A stretch of 62,418 bases of DNA, the filler included, from Sphacelaria rigidula (taxonomy: Eukaryota), in NCBI GenBank assembly GCA_964200075.2. It is 7 parts of 7 records of this genome, joined end to end, with 100 filler letters (N's around TTAATTAATTAA, not from the genome) between each part and the next. Parts side by side here need not be neighbours in the genome. Positions count along the whole stretch, not along the records: positions 1 to 8,833 come from CAXNAA020009993.1; positions 8,934 to 17,765 come from CAXNAA020009994.1; 5 more parts are not named here. The stretch is one strand, 5' to 3'. Below the pieces are notes generated by a model. It did not search any database and was not told the DNA's origin. It was given only the letters and a program-made list of their open reading frames with translations. Of this stretch, positions 1 through 11,957 are shown piece after piece. Made by a program: the position numbers and the translations under genes. Positions within the stretch are counted from its first letter, which is position 1. The number at the start of each line of letters is the position of its first letter.

Positions 1-240
1 CGACGATCTGACTCGAAATTTCGAGCAACAAATGCCCCAAAATACCCCCACCCCTATCGTGGGATGGCTCTTTAGCCCATGTGCATGGATCGGGGGGCAA
101 AAGGATGAATTATTTTCAACACTTTTTTCTGCTTGTCGGATCCCTTATGCTGATAACAGTGCAGTATGCGGGATATGCACAGCTGACGCTGTTCGCAATA
201 AATACCTTCCCGATGAAATGGAGGGGAAAGTGAACATTTA

Positions 241-468
241 TTTCGAGCTTCTTCTGCTGTTCAAATTCCAAATCTGCGAGTGTGCATGGGATTTACGCAG
301 CAGAAGAAGCTGTTCGAAATATATCCTTTTTTTGCCCGAATAAATTGGGCGGAAAAAGGATCTGTTTTGAATAGCTTCTCCTGCTGTCCGAGATAAGCTC
401 CTTTTTGCCCGATTCAAATCGGGCAAAAAATAATTTATCTCGGACAGCAGGAGAAGCTATTCCGAAAA
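241..468. repeat. Cluster of three adjacent imperfect hairpins (probable decayed foldback MITE)
   Basis: tttcgagcttcttctgctg / cagcagaagaagctgttcgaaa (241-319); tcctttttttgccc / gggcggaaaaagga (325-360); gaatagcttctcctgctgtccgagataa...ttatctcggacagcaggagaagctattc (370-461). Confidence 0.6.
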
Positions 469-2518
469 TATAAATTTACAGATTGTGTACCAAAATAAGT
501 TGGGATTTTCCAACTTAGGAAGACCTCTCCACAGGGTTACTTGCAGGGTTTCGACAAAAACGCTATGCAAAATGCTATTACAGGTACTAGGGTTTGCAAA
601 TGCTACACAGGAGTTTTCACAAAGACTTTGGAGAACCCTGTGCAGCTCGTCCTACAGGGTGCTATTCGTCCACGTGTGTAGCCACAGCTGCTTCACTGCT
701 GCGGACATATGGGGGGGAAGATGGCTTCGCTCGGCCGTGAGTGTTTCGCGTCATCTCTGCAAAATAGAAATGCCACTCCAACCTTATTTTTTAGATGAAC
801 CTCATTTTCTAGGATCCACTGTTATATCACGATGTACGGGTCTGCTCGTAGACCCTGGATTCCGTGACGCGTTGTCACTGCGTTTGCTACTGTCATTAGT
901 TAGGATTGTTCGGCCGCGGCCAGAGGTCGCGTTGGCCCACCTCGATCAGTTACTGGCTTTGCCTTGGTGTACTTTGGGCCATCACTACTCTCTACTTCTA
1001 TGGCTGCGCCGAGCTGTGCTGGGTAAGATAGCTACTCGTAGATATAACATGATGCTATGAAACACGTGAGTTCCCAGCCAGCAGCCTACACATGAACGAA
1101 CCTACTGTGTGATTATTCATGATGGATAGCTATAGGTCGTACGTTGTGCCCACGTGAGAGCTTGGTTCAGATGAACCAATGGTATATGTGTGAGTTGTAC
1201 TACTTTCAGGTACCAACACTGCTACAGACAAATGAATTTGCGCATTTTTCGACGCCATACGTCTGTTCTGTACGCAATCCCGAGCTTCCGTTGATAGCTA
1301 TTACCGCCGCAACTTAGATAGCTGTATTGGACGAGACCTCCGACATTGCTGTTACATTCAGCAATTAGCTTGAATAATAATACTCGAGTTCATCAGGTTT
1401 CCAAGGTACCTCCAGGCGCTATTAGGCTTCATTTTCCCGTATTTCCTAATACAAGCTTTGCCGTTGCACTTAGCATTTCTTGGTGTCCCGCTCCTTTGAT
1501 TAGAGCCCGACGACCAGACACACTGCTCCTACGTTTTTAAGCACACAAATTGTGTACGACTATCACGTCGCAAAGACATAACGCTGGCTCTCCCCCTCAA
1601 TTGGGAAACCAATCGCTTCGTCGGACACGAAGTCAAACCACTGGCGGCTCGAAATCGTTTGATATGAGTGTCACGTCACCTTCAACTATTCGACGCACGT
1701 ACGCGAGCCCTGTTCGATCTTCGGGATCTGAAGACCAACCTTCGAGCGATGCTCGTTCTTCGGGGCTTGAAGACAAAACTATGACGCCGCGGCCTGTTCT
1801 CTCACGAACCGATTCGGACTCAGAGAACAGGCTTGTGCCACCGACCGAGTCATTGGCTCCTGACAGATATGTCAATGAGCCCATAACGGTGGATTCCGAA
1901 GCACCCCCTTCGCTGCGACCTGTTCTTCCGAATCCCGATGGGGAATTCAAAGTCAGGATTGTGCCCCCAGCCGAGTCGATGCCCCTGGACACACGTGCCC
2001 AGCTTGGCCCTATAACGGTTGCTTCAACCGTGGCACCCCGTCGAACGACGGTTGACAACTCTCGAGACGACTCAGTCCCGACAAAGCGTATCGCTTCTGG
2101 AGCAAGAGATTTTGTCACACGGACTGCTTCCGTTACGGACCCCCATCGCACGACTTCCGGCAGTCCCATGCGCCCTGCTGCGCAGTCCAATGTCCGACCA
2201 GCAGTCGCGCCCATGCATTCTGCCCTGCAGAATATGCATCGCACTTCATCGGCGCCGGCGCATACGCCAGTCTCAGCTCTGATCGAGGCATTTACGGCTT
2301 TATGCCAGGCCACGCTCCAAGACCAATCGGCGGCTGCTCACGTACAATTCAACGTATGATTATGCACCTGCCACGCCCAAACCCGTACGTTTGGCGCCCC
2401 AATTGGCGACATCGTGTCCTCCGTTCGTCTCTCATGAAAAATTAACGAACACGAGTCCAGTCCCTCCTCCACTCCAAACCAAAGTCTTGCTCGCGCTCCT
2501 GAACGGCGCCGCACACCG

Positions 2519-2766
2519 AACACTTTCTACGATAGCCCCTCCCCCAAAAGTGCCTGGTTATGGAAGGCAAAATCTTCAAGTAACTCGAATTGGGAACAGC
2601 CGAACACAACAAGAAACTGGGAATTCCCACGCTTGGGTTCGTTCTAACCAATGTCGCCAATATGAGGCGCTTCATGCAGCCTGAACCCGAACATCAGGCG
2701 CTGTATGGTCATTGTTTTCGTGACACTTTTAGCTGGTCTTTTTGGGAGGATATCGTAGAAAGTGTC
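2519..2766. mobile_element. MITE family A copy 1, inserted in the Gypsy gag-like region
   Basis: TIR aacactttctacgatagcccctcccccaaaag / ctttttgggaggatatcgtagaaagtgtc. Flanked by accg (2515-2518) and accg (2767-2770); an alternative reading gives a 6-bp caccga TSD. Homologous to 42303-42562 and 13634-13897. Confidence 0.85.
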
Positions 2767-4519
2767 ACCGACAGTTGGTCACGACCACGTCACCCGTGCT
2801 GGCAGTTCCAAGGATAACTCCCAGCACAGCTTGGATTCATCGCGCGTTTTCACACGCCTGAAGAATGTCGCTCATGGTCGCTCATATGACTGTAGTTCAC
2901 GACACAGTTCCAATTCATCGCGCGCTCCAAAGCGCCCAGTGAATGCCGACCGTGACCGTACTCACGAGGAAGATTCGCGGCACATATCAAGTTGATCGCG
3001 CGTTCACTCGCGCTAGAAAAGAACACCGATCATGCAACCGCGCACCCCTCCTGCTCCGCATCCGTCACGCCGCCGCCATTTACGCAATGATAATACTGTA
3101 CATGCTGCCGACATCCAGAATATAGTTTCGGACATGTCACCGGCTCTTGAATCCTCAGCTGAGGGATCCAGCCGTAATTCATCACACAACCGACGACCCC
3201 GCAATGACCGCGACCCGCCGTCCCGCTCTGATGCGGCGACGATTCGTTCCCTCCAACAACGATCGATAGATCTCGAGCGAGAACTAGCAAAGTCAATAAT
3301 GAAGAACAAAATAACCACCGCCGCTGCCGCCAAGACCACGGTGGAGAACACTGGCGTTACTGCAGCTGCTGCTGCCGCCACAACTGCCGCTGCCGCCGCT
3401 GCTACCTTGGCCGCTGCGCCTACCGCCACGCCAACTACAGTCACGGCTCCAACAACCGTTGCCGCCCCGTCTGCCGTCGATACCGACGCCGATAATGGCT
3501 CAATCAATGGACCAGTCACGGATGCCCCCGTGCGCTCGCCCCCGTCTGTGAAGGATCTCCCTCCGCTCGGCGACGAGCATTGCCCTACTAGCCTCCTCTT
3601 CACGTTGTTCCGGAACCGCTCCCGCGCGGGGCAGCTGATGATCACCGAGGATTACGCCTCATAAGCCCCAGCGAAAGGACATCCTCGACCAACAACGAGA
3701 AGCTGACGATGCCGCTGCCCGCATCCTTGTGGAGGAACACGCCGATAGGCAAAATAATCTCCAGCGGCAGGCTTCCCATGCTCAACCCACGAATACGGCT
3801 GCCCAACGCGCGCTCCAGGAAGGTCGTACTGCTGCCATGGCGGCTCAGAGACGGGTGCGGGACTTAGAAGATCATGTCCGACGGACTGCTCACGAAGCGG
3901 CTACGACGGTGGCGCGCTTGACTAACCATCAGGCCTCTCCGCCGTCCGCCGGCAACCTGCTCAGTGCTCGCCCTTCTCGCCAGCCTTCGGCCCAAATGGC
4001 CCAGACTAAGACCGGTCAGTCGTCTTACATTACCCCACGTAAGTCTGACCAACAGTCGTATGCTGCAGCCGCTGCCGTCCCCAAGACGGCCCGAACACCA
4101 TCGCCTCGAGAAGCTAGCTCAGCGGCGAATGCCGACCCTGCACAAGGCCTGCAACTCTCACCCCACGAACGAACGTGACTTTCTCGTTCTGCGGTCGATC
4201 ATACCGGCCCGTTCCACAAAACTAACCACCTCCACTGCTCCCGCTAGGCCTGAAAGTTGGTATCGCAACGCCTGCTCCACGTTATTGGTCTTTACGTGGA
4301 GCAGGGTGGTTTCTTTCCCAACAACGGCGTACCGGCCCTCACCTTGGGCCAACTGGTCCTCCATATGACCATCGGCGACTGCCCTGACACCAGCGGACGG
4401 AACCGACACAAAACTCGAATCCCAACGCCAGAAACCCTGGTACTGTCACTACGGATCGCATAGATCCATGACGTGCCCACGCCGCCGTTCTACGGTCTTC
4501 TGCGCCGCCGACAGCACGA

Positions 4520-4750
4520 GCGAAGACTTTCTCAACACAGCCCGCGGAGTCCGTGACTAATATTGCTCGCCCGACTCCCCCGGCATTATCCAGGAGCCTA
4601 ACTGACGGCCGTTCAAATCGACCCCCGTCTCCAACCTCCGCACACTTTTCAACACAGCCCGCAGAGCCCGCGACTAAGACTGTTCGCCCGGTTCCCCCGG
4701 CACTATGCAGGAGCGCAACTGACGGCCGTTTATATCGACCCCCGTTTTCA
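4520..4750 (+). repeat. Two ~120-bp direct repeats inside the Gypsy element
   Basis: ttttcaacacagcccgc(g/a)gag...cccggcattatccaggagc / cccggcactatgcaggagc...aactgacggccgtt...atcgacccccgt occurs twice. Confidence 0.8.
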
Positions 4751-4926
4751 CCCCTCCACACACCTCGTAACAGTTGTGTCACCCCGCGACTCAGACGTAC
4801 ACCCGGCCTTGAACTTGGTCCTTCAGTGCCGAGTATAAGTCTGAGGTGTGGGAGGATCAACCGCCAGTCCCTGAGGCAAAGGCTTTCCTCAGCAACCGCA
4901 CGCACAGGTGGTAGCAAGCCTTTTTC

Positions 4927-5157
4927 AAATGACCCAAGTGTTGCTGATTTGAACTTGACCACAGCGGATCATGTAATTCTCAATCAGTTGGATCGAGCTC
5001 CTTCCCCGCGATTTTCAACACGCACGGACCTACCTTCGGCCCAAATGACACAAGTGTTGCTGATATGAACGTGACCACATCGGATCATGTTATTCCAAAT
5101 CAGTTGGATCGAGCTCCTTCCCCGCGATTTTCAACACGCACGGACCTACCTTCGGCC
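4927..5157 (+). repeat. Two ~116-bp tandem direct repeats inside the Gypsy element
   Basis: aaatgac.caagtgttgctgat...aatcagttggatcgagctccttccccgcgattttcaacacgcacggacctaccttcggcc occurs twice. Confidence 0.9.
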
Positions 5158-5844
5158 GGTTCTAATAACAACCGCCCCATCATATCTCGGCTATGACCCA
5201 CCAGCCAAGCTTGCCTACGGAAAGCAGCCCACAAGGTTCGCTCCGTCATGCCCCGATGCTGACCCCATCCACGCAACTGGACGCAGTTGTGGTTTCATCC
5301 CAAAATGTTTTGGAAGTTCCCCGACCTTTGTCACGGCGAAAGAGAAAGCCCCGTAAGCATGCCCTTAAGGACGCGCGCGCATCATCACGTACACCTCTTT
5401 CGAGCGGAAATCCTCGACCTCAATCTCTCCAAAATGCAACGACTTTGAGCTCGACGGCACTATCAAGTATCCCGGAAGAAAGAAAATCGAATAGTTCTGA
5501 CGGCACTACTTCTTCAATCGATGACTCCAGCCCCGCACAATCTGGATCCCCCGTAGACGGTGATCCCTGCCAACCAAATACGATCATTTACAACCCCCCC
5601 AATGGTCACTCTGACCGTGCCACACCTGGAAATACTATACCTCCCACCCCCTTCTCTAGTGAAAAATCTGACCCACAGGCGGATCATCCGTCGTGCGTTT
5701 TTGCTGTCAGTCCCGCTGATCCTGACCAATTTACCTTGCCGGAACATGGTCCGGATCTTGTCGGCGGTAAAGTGTCTGTGGATCCGGCCACTTTCACTAC
5801 ACGCGTTGCGATCCATGCTGGTGCTAGTGCTACCACGCCTACGA

Positions 5845-8200
5845 AATGCGTGTCCTTGTTGGACAGCAGCAGCCCGCAAACATTACTCGAGAATCAACAT
5901 GAAAATAGGTGAAACAGACTGGCGCTGCTACTGCAGCTTGCGAAACCACCACCCAACCTCGAGTATCGGGCGGTTTCAGTGATTCTGCCGCACCCCTGAC
6001 CACACGAAAATCCGTACGTCTTAGTGTGCAATTTTTTCACAACACCACTCGATCTGCCAGCCTGGCAGTCTGGGCATACATTGTCCCCATCAGCTCAATG
6101 CCCCACGCCATATTGTTGGGCAGAGATAGCTATATGCGGTTTAATAAACGCACCTACCGCACGCTTTCACCACTATCGCCACATTCCACGCCTCGTGGAG
6201 AATTCAACCTCGAGCACTTTGGTACTCTCCACGGCGCCCTGGCCCACCAGAAGAATGCTCAAGCAACCGGAGCTGCTTACCACATACGATACAACGGTAG
6301 CGTTGGTATTACACTCTCCGACGCCCCTCAACTCCTAGAAGTTGCACTAGTTCGCCGAAATGGCATGCCAGCACTTACGGGTCATTATCTTGCCGAAATA
6401 TTACCCCGGATTGGCGTACTAGCCGACACAGAACAGTTTGTGTCGGGGAGACAACAATTCCTCCCTCCTACGGGTCATGCTAACTTGGAACCCGGCGATG
6501 TTTTAGGAATCGCCGCTGCTCCTCTGATGCACATCCCACTCGAGACGTGCGTGACCGAACCTGCCGCGCCAAACGCCACATCTCCGAAGGAGTTAGTCCA
6601 TTGCGTCGATGGACCTTTTTTCAACCTCGCCTCTGCGACTTTTCCCCAGGTCCACACCGTGGATCCTGCCCAGCCAAATTCCGACCCTCCTGCTGAAGTG
6701 CTTCAACGCTTAGTTTCTCGCAGATCTGGCACCAACTGCCGCCACACATGCGCGACATCAATTTTGACCTTCATGGGCCCGGCTGGGAACCGGCAGTCAT
6801 CCGAGAACTCAGTGATGTCCTGCTACAGTACCAAGACCGATTTTCCCGATCCAAGACTGATCTTGGGCATTGTAAAACGCTGCCCTTTGAGGTTACCCTC
6901 CAACCCGGCGTTTCGCCGATGCCGATTTCTTCTCGGTCATACCGGACAAACCCAATCCTTACGAAGAAGGTTAACGCCATCTTGGATGCATACTTGGGAG
7001 CGGGATTAATAGAAATTCCTCCTCTCCTTGGGCCTCGCCCCTTGTGGTCGTCCCCCAAAAGGATGGAAACATACGCATGGTCGTGAATCACCAACGGTTG
7101 AACCGCGTCACTGTGGTCGGTAAACTTCCAGTTCCCCGCATTGATGAAGTCTTCGACTTCTCAGGCGAGGGAAACATATTCAGCACCTTCGACCTCGCTT
7201 CTGGATTTTTTCAGAATGCTATACATCCTGACACAGTCCCAGTGACGGCCTTTTGTACCTCGTCCGGACTCTACGAGTGGCTTCGGATGTGACAAGGCGC
7301 CGCCACTGCCCCGGGATGCTTCCAACGCTTAATGCAGCGCGTCACCGAGGGCCTCGAGCACATCATCATATACCTGGATGACGCTATCGCTTTCGATGCC
7401 TCACCGATTACACATATCTGCACTCTATGAGAATTTCTCTCTCGCCTGCGCACACACAATTTGAAACTGTCCCCATCCAAAGCTCGCCTTGGTGCGACTG
7501 ACTTGGATTTCCTGGGGCAGTCCTTTTCGCCAGCAGGCCTGCATCCGGATCCAAACAAAGTCAAGGCGATGACTGACTTGCCGATGCCAACTGACATTTC
7601 TCAACTTCGCTCATCGTTGGGCGGACAATCCTACTACCGCAATGTTTTGCCGAGTTTATCTAAACGACTTCGCCCCCTTACTGAGTTACTCAAGAAAGAA
7701 GCCGTGTTTTCCTTCACAACCGATATGGAGAATATCACCCGCGAATCACTCCAGACGCTTACCGAAAAGCCGGTACTCTGTTTTCCTGATTTGGAGGCAG
7801 AATAAGACGACTCTAGCCTTTTCCAACTCCACACTGACGCCAGCACAAACGGATTTGGAGGAGCTTTGAATCAACCTTAGGTTGATGGCTCCGTCCTACC
7901 CATCCTCTATATCAGCCGCGCTACCCTGCCCAACGAGGCCCATTGAAGCCCGCTAGAACTGGAAGACGGAGTAATCACTTGGGCCATTAAGCGCCTTCGA
8001 CAATATCTGTTTCCCGTGCCCTTTGAGATCTATACGGACCACGGAGTACTCGAACAACTCGCCAAGGTTGGCGAACACAACCCGCGCGTACAACGATGGT
8101 TGGAGTTTCTAACAGCATACCAGTACACCATTAAGCATCGTCCAGGCAAAACCAACGGGAACACTAATCTTCTTTCTCGCCTACCCCTGCCGCCTACGGC
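5845..8200 (+). pseudogene. Gypsy pol pseudogene (protease-RT-RNase H)
   Basis: Motifs are spread over ORFs 5909-7009, 6748-7086, 7044-7292, 7461-7805 and 8016-8369, with frameshifts and in-frame stops (e.g. YEWLRM*QG at ~7290). Confidence 0.9.
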
Positions 8201-8590
8201 CGCAGATTCCAGCCCGCCCTGCCGTTTCATGGAACCCGATGAACGTGGAATTTACGCGATTAGACGTTTTTCAATGCCCGTTTACGCCCTCGACCTCCAG
8301 TGCCCGGAAACTGGTATGCATATGGGAGGACCTCGCCCTCTACCATATGACGCCGTCTTGGGTGGGTGAAAGCCCGCTGCCTCCGATTTTGTCGACTTCT
8401 GCACTTTCGGTACTCGCGCGAAGCTCTTCGCGGAGACACCTCCAGTCACCTACCTTATCTTCGACAACACGCGCTCCCGGTCTGCCGCCCGCACCACCCT
8501 GCTGCCACCGATAACACCTACAAACTTCACGAGCCACGCAGCACAAGTTCCACCGACCAGCACGCAACGCTCCGGAGTCATCCTACGATA

Positions 8591-8820
8591 GGGGGGGGGG
8601 GTATTTTGGGCCGCATCTTGCACGAAATTCCAAGGCAAATCGCCGCTGAAATCAGCAACGGTTGCTCGAACGAGCTTGTTATAGATACAGAATGCTCATT
8701 CATACCGATTGACAACGTTTTGAACCAAATATGAGCGCATTGCGAGTGTTGCAGGTCATCTGACACACTTATTAGCCGTTTTTTTCGTGCGATCAAATAC
8801 CCCCCCCCCCCCCCCCCCCC
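8591..8820. mobile_element. Putative MITE with poly-G/poly-C ends
   Basis: ggggggtattttg...gcacgaaa at the left end is inverted relative to tttcgtgcgatcaaatacccccc at the right end. Confidence 0.45.
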
Positions 8821-8833
8821 TCCATCCCCCGAT

Positions 8834-8933
8834 NNNNNNNNNNNNNNNNNNNNNNNNNNNNNNNNNNNNNNNNNNNNTTAATTAATTAANNNNNNNNNNN
8901 NNNNNNNNNNNNNNNNNNNNNNNNNNNNNNNNN
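8834..8933. other. Artificial contig spacer N44-TTAATTAATTAA-N44
   Basis: The 12-mer has stops in all six frames. The identical 100-bp spacer recurs six times. Confidence 0.97.
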
Positions 8934-9849
8934 AACATGATCTAGCTCGACTACCATCATGGTTACCGCAAAAAATACGCAAGCGCGCAAAACGAAACCT
9001 AGTCTCTTACATTTGGAGTCCTCCCGTTTCATTTGTTAACAGAATTTTGCCCTATACGCCCTCCAGTACCTCGTACCCTATATTGCTTTGTGCACAAACT
9101 CCACTGCTACTCCGTTTTTATAGCTAATTCCGTAGATGGGCGGGCTTGGTTGATTTTCCAATCGCTTGTAGCCCGCGTAGCCAGCGCGTGCCCCTCTCGT
9201 CGACAGAGTGCAACCGATATCCTCCTACTCCCCCCTGCCCCTCACCCCTGCACCCTTTCACAACACCCCCCACGGTTGCGATGATTATGTGAAAAGTGTG
9301 CGGCGGTGGACACCTCGACGTCAGATTCTTCAATGTGTCGTACATCATTCCAGCTCTTATCTGCTTCTGCGCCACTACTGTATGCCTACCTGTACTGTTA
9401 TTTTCATTATTTTCATTATTTTCTCACATTGGTCCGATCTCTCGAACCCATTGTTACCGACTATACATACCAGGATCTCCGTAGAAAGGTCCAAAGCTCG
9501 CTATTGATTTCACGCCTGCCTGCCACGTGTTCTCCACTGAGCGAAACCGGGAATGGAAGAAGTAGTGCGGACGGGTGACGGAAGATTTTGGACACGGTCA
9601 AGGTAATTGATTGATTGAATCTTTGATTCTTGCACATCAACTGATCTCCGAGGAATCCGTTGGAGATTATACTGGACGTGTTGGAGATTAATTCTGCGGC
9701 AGTACATGCTAGGACTTCAAGTAGCGCCAGTTAGATTTTTCTTGCGTCATCACTCCTTGTCGGACAATACGGACTGCTGTTCGATGCTCCTCAGGTACCT
9801 CAACAGGTGACGAGATGGTACGGCGTGAGAAGGTGATCGCAGTATTCGT

Positions 9850-10207
9850 CAGTGTTGAGAATCGCGTATCTAAATATCGAGTCCTGTATTGATCGCGATT
9901 TTCGGCAATTCTCAGTATCGGAATCGAGAGCTGGTAAACCGGTACTTTCGATACGCAAACTGGCTCTCTCGGGGGTCCCGCCTGCTAAAAAGGGGAGGGG
10001 GTACAGTAGTGCATTCACACCATCGGACTCCCCCCTTTTTTTACGAAAATAATCCTTCAAAAACAGCAAAAAAGGCGCAGAAAACCAGATAACCGGTTAT
10101 CTTTTTACCGTTTTCCGAGTGTCGCGAAAAATATCGATATCGACGTTTTTTCGTCAAATTTGAAAAAATCAAATCGAACCTTTTATTCCATTCGATTCCC
10201 AACACTG
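9850..10207. mobile_element. hAT-like MITE
   Basis: TIR cagtgttgagaatcg / cgattcccaacactg with the CAG..CTG ends typical of hAT. TSD not recognisable. Confidence 0.6.
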
Positions 10208-11404
10208 GTACAGTATACAGGATAAGCTGTGCTGAAGCTCGGTTCTGGAATGTGAGTTCCACGTAGGTTTGTGGGAATGGTCTAGATCGCCGTGGAAAGT
10301 TCCTCACGGTTCTAGAGGTCTTTTAGAGCGCCTGGAAGCTAAAGAGCTGCTCTTGGAAGCTATGAGGCCGAGACAACACGAGTGCGCCCCCACGGTGCTC
10401 ACTCCACTTCTTGGCCCAAATCTGACCCGGTAGTCAATCAGTAATATAAGAGACATATTTCCAATCTCATGTCCAATCTGACACACACCGAACTGCTGCA
10501 GCCCCCTTATTATAATGTAGCATCTGCCTTGAGGGATGCATGTGTCGGCACATCAGGCCACCATAAGCTCTGCAGTACACCCAGCTACGGCAGCTGTAAC
10601 TGTTGCGGACGCTTAAATCTGTGAGGCTTTTGACCTTGCTTGAAGGCGGATGCTCCACGAGCTGTGGACACTACTACAGTGCAATGCGGTACGGTACAGC
10701 CGTACAGTATATACGGCACGACAGCGCTTCCAAAGAACAGCCTGAGCCGGATGGCAACGATTTGCGCCACGCCACTCGCCACCCACAATGACCGTGGAAT
10801 AAATATCATGAACGAACGCTCACGGAACGGTAGTGAATCCAGGTGCAGCAACGCTGCTGCGCGGTGGACCACGAATAGTTCACACAGCCTCTTCTTCCAG
10901 CTGAACATACACGCGGCTGGCAGTAGCGAGGAGCTGTACCCAAAGGTAACGAACGTCTTGCGCGCACCGAGCTAAGTTTTACGCAACACAACCTGGCGAA
11001 CACTGATACCACGGCGGGGGCACGAAGGTCCTCTGTCTGCGATGTCAAACGTTGCTTACTTTGTGACTGGTCCATTGTGATAGAGATGGTAGGTGTGATG
11101 GATGTCCCATCTTGCTCGGTAGGGTACATTGAGTGTGAACTGGACGCAACAGTGATGGTGGGAGAGATAATAATTCCTCTTCGTTAAATCCTGAGCTCTG
11201 AAGCGACACTTCAGGGCTTGAGGATGAACCGCTTAGAATAGGGCTCTTATCCTGAATAATGTATGCTGAAACTTTGCTCAAGGATGGAGTTTGCGCCGTT
11301 ACCGGCTTTTCTCCTCCCGTCCTGATGCCAAAGGGGAAAACACAGTTTCCGAAACTCTCTCACGAAAATGACATGACAACAAGAACAACCACAATAATGA
11401 TGAC

Positions 11405-11957
11405 AATAGTCATTACAACCATAATGACAACCATAATAACAATTGAAATGATACAAAAAAAGAAATGAAAATAAAATAAGTGAATAAATTAATGGTAGGC
11501 AGAGAACGAGCGAGCGAGCAAATCAGCCGGTGCGCAGCGCCGTCACCACTACTACTCGCCTTGGTCATAGTACCGATAATTCGTAGACACTAGTCATAAC
11601 AACCACAATGACAACCATAATAACAATTGAAATGATACAAAAAAAGAAATGAAAATAAAATAAGTGAATAAGTTAATGGTAGGCAGAGAACGAGCGAGCG
11701 AGCGAACCAGCCGGTGCGCAGCGCCGTCACCACTGCTACTCGCCTTGGCCATAGTACCGATAATTCGCAGACAATAGTCATAACAACCACAATGACAACC
11801 ATAATAACAACTGGAATGATACAAAAAAGGAAATGAAAATAAAATAAGTGAATATATAAATGGTAGGCAGAGAACGAGTGAGCGAGCAAACCAGCCGGTG
11901 CGCAGCGCCGTCACCACCACTACTCGCCTTGGTCATAGTAGCGATAATTTGCAGACG
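11405..11957. repeat. Three tandem ~180-bp units spanning an exon 3' end and splice donor
   Basis: Unit ...tagtcat(t/a)acaacca...aaatgaaaataaaataagtgaata...ggtaggcagagaacgag...cagccggtgcgcagcgccgtcaccac...tactcgccttgg(t/c)catagta... occurs three times. Confidence 0.95.

Larger units (their letters stand above)
820..8590 (+). mobile_element. Degenerate Ty3/Gypsy LTR retrotransposon, no integrase or 3' LTR before the contig end
   Basis: Domain order protease-like LLDSSSPQT (~5857), RT (FSTFDLASGFFQ, YLDD ~7370), RNase H (FQLHTDAS ~7820, FEIYTDH, PGKTNGNTNLLSRLP). Upstream are low-complexity gag-like ORFs. Candidate LTR TGTT(820)...AACA(1218) is uncertain. Confidence 0.85.

Noticed and set aside
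1219-1495. Primer-binding site for the Gypsy element
   Set aside because: No TGG directly after the candidate LTR end at 1218; tggtgtcccgctcc at 1481 could not be matched to a tRNA 3' end by eye.
8878-8889. TTAATTAATTAA as a biological motif or piggyBac site
   Set aside because: Identical, centred in N-runs at all six joins; it is an assembly linker.
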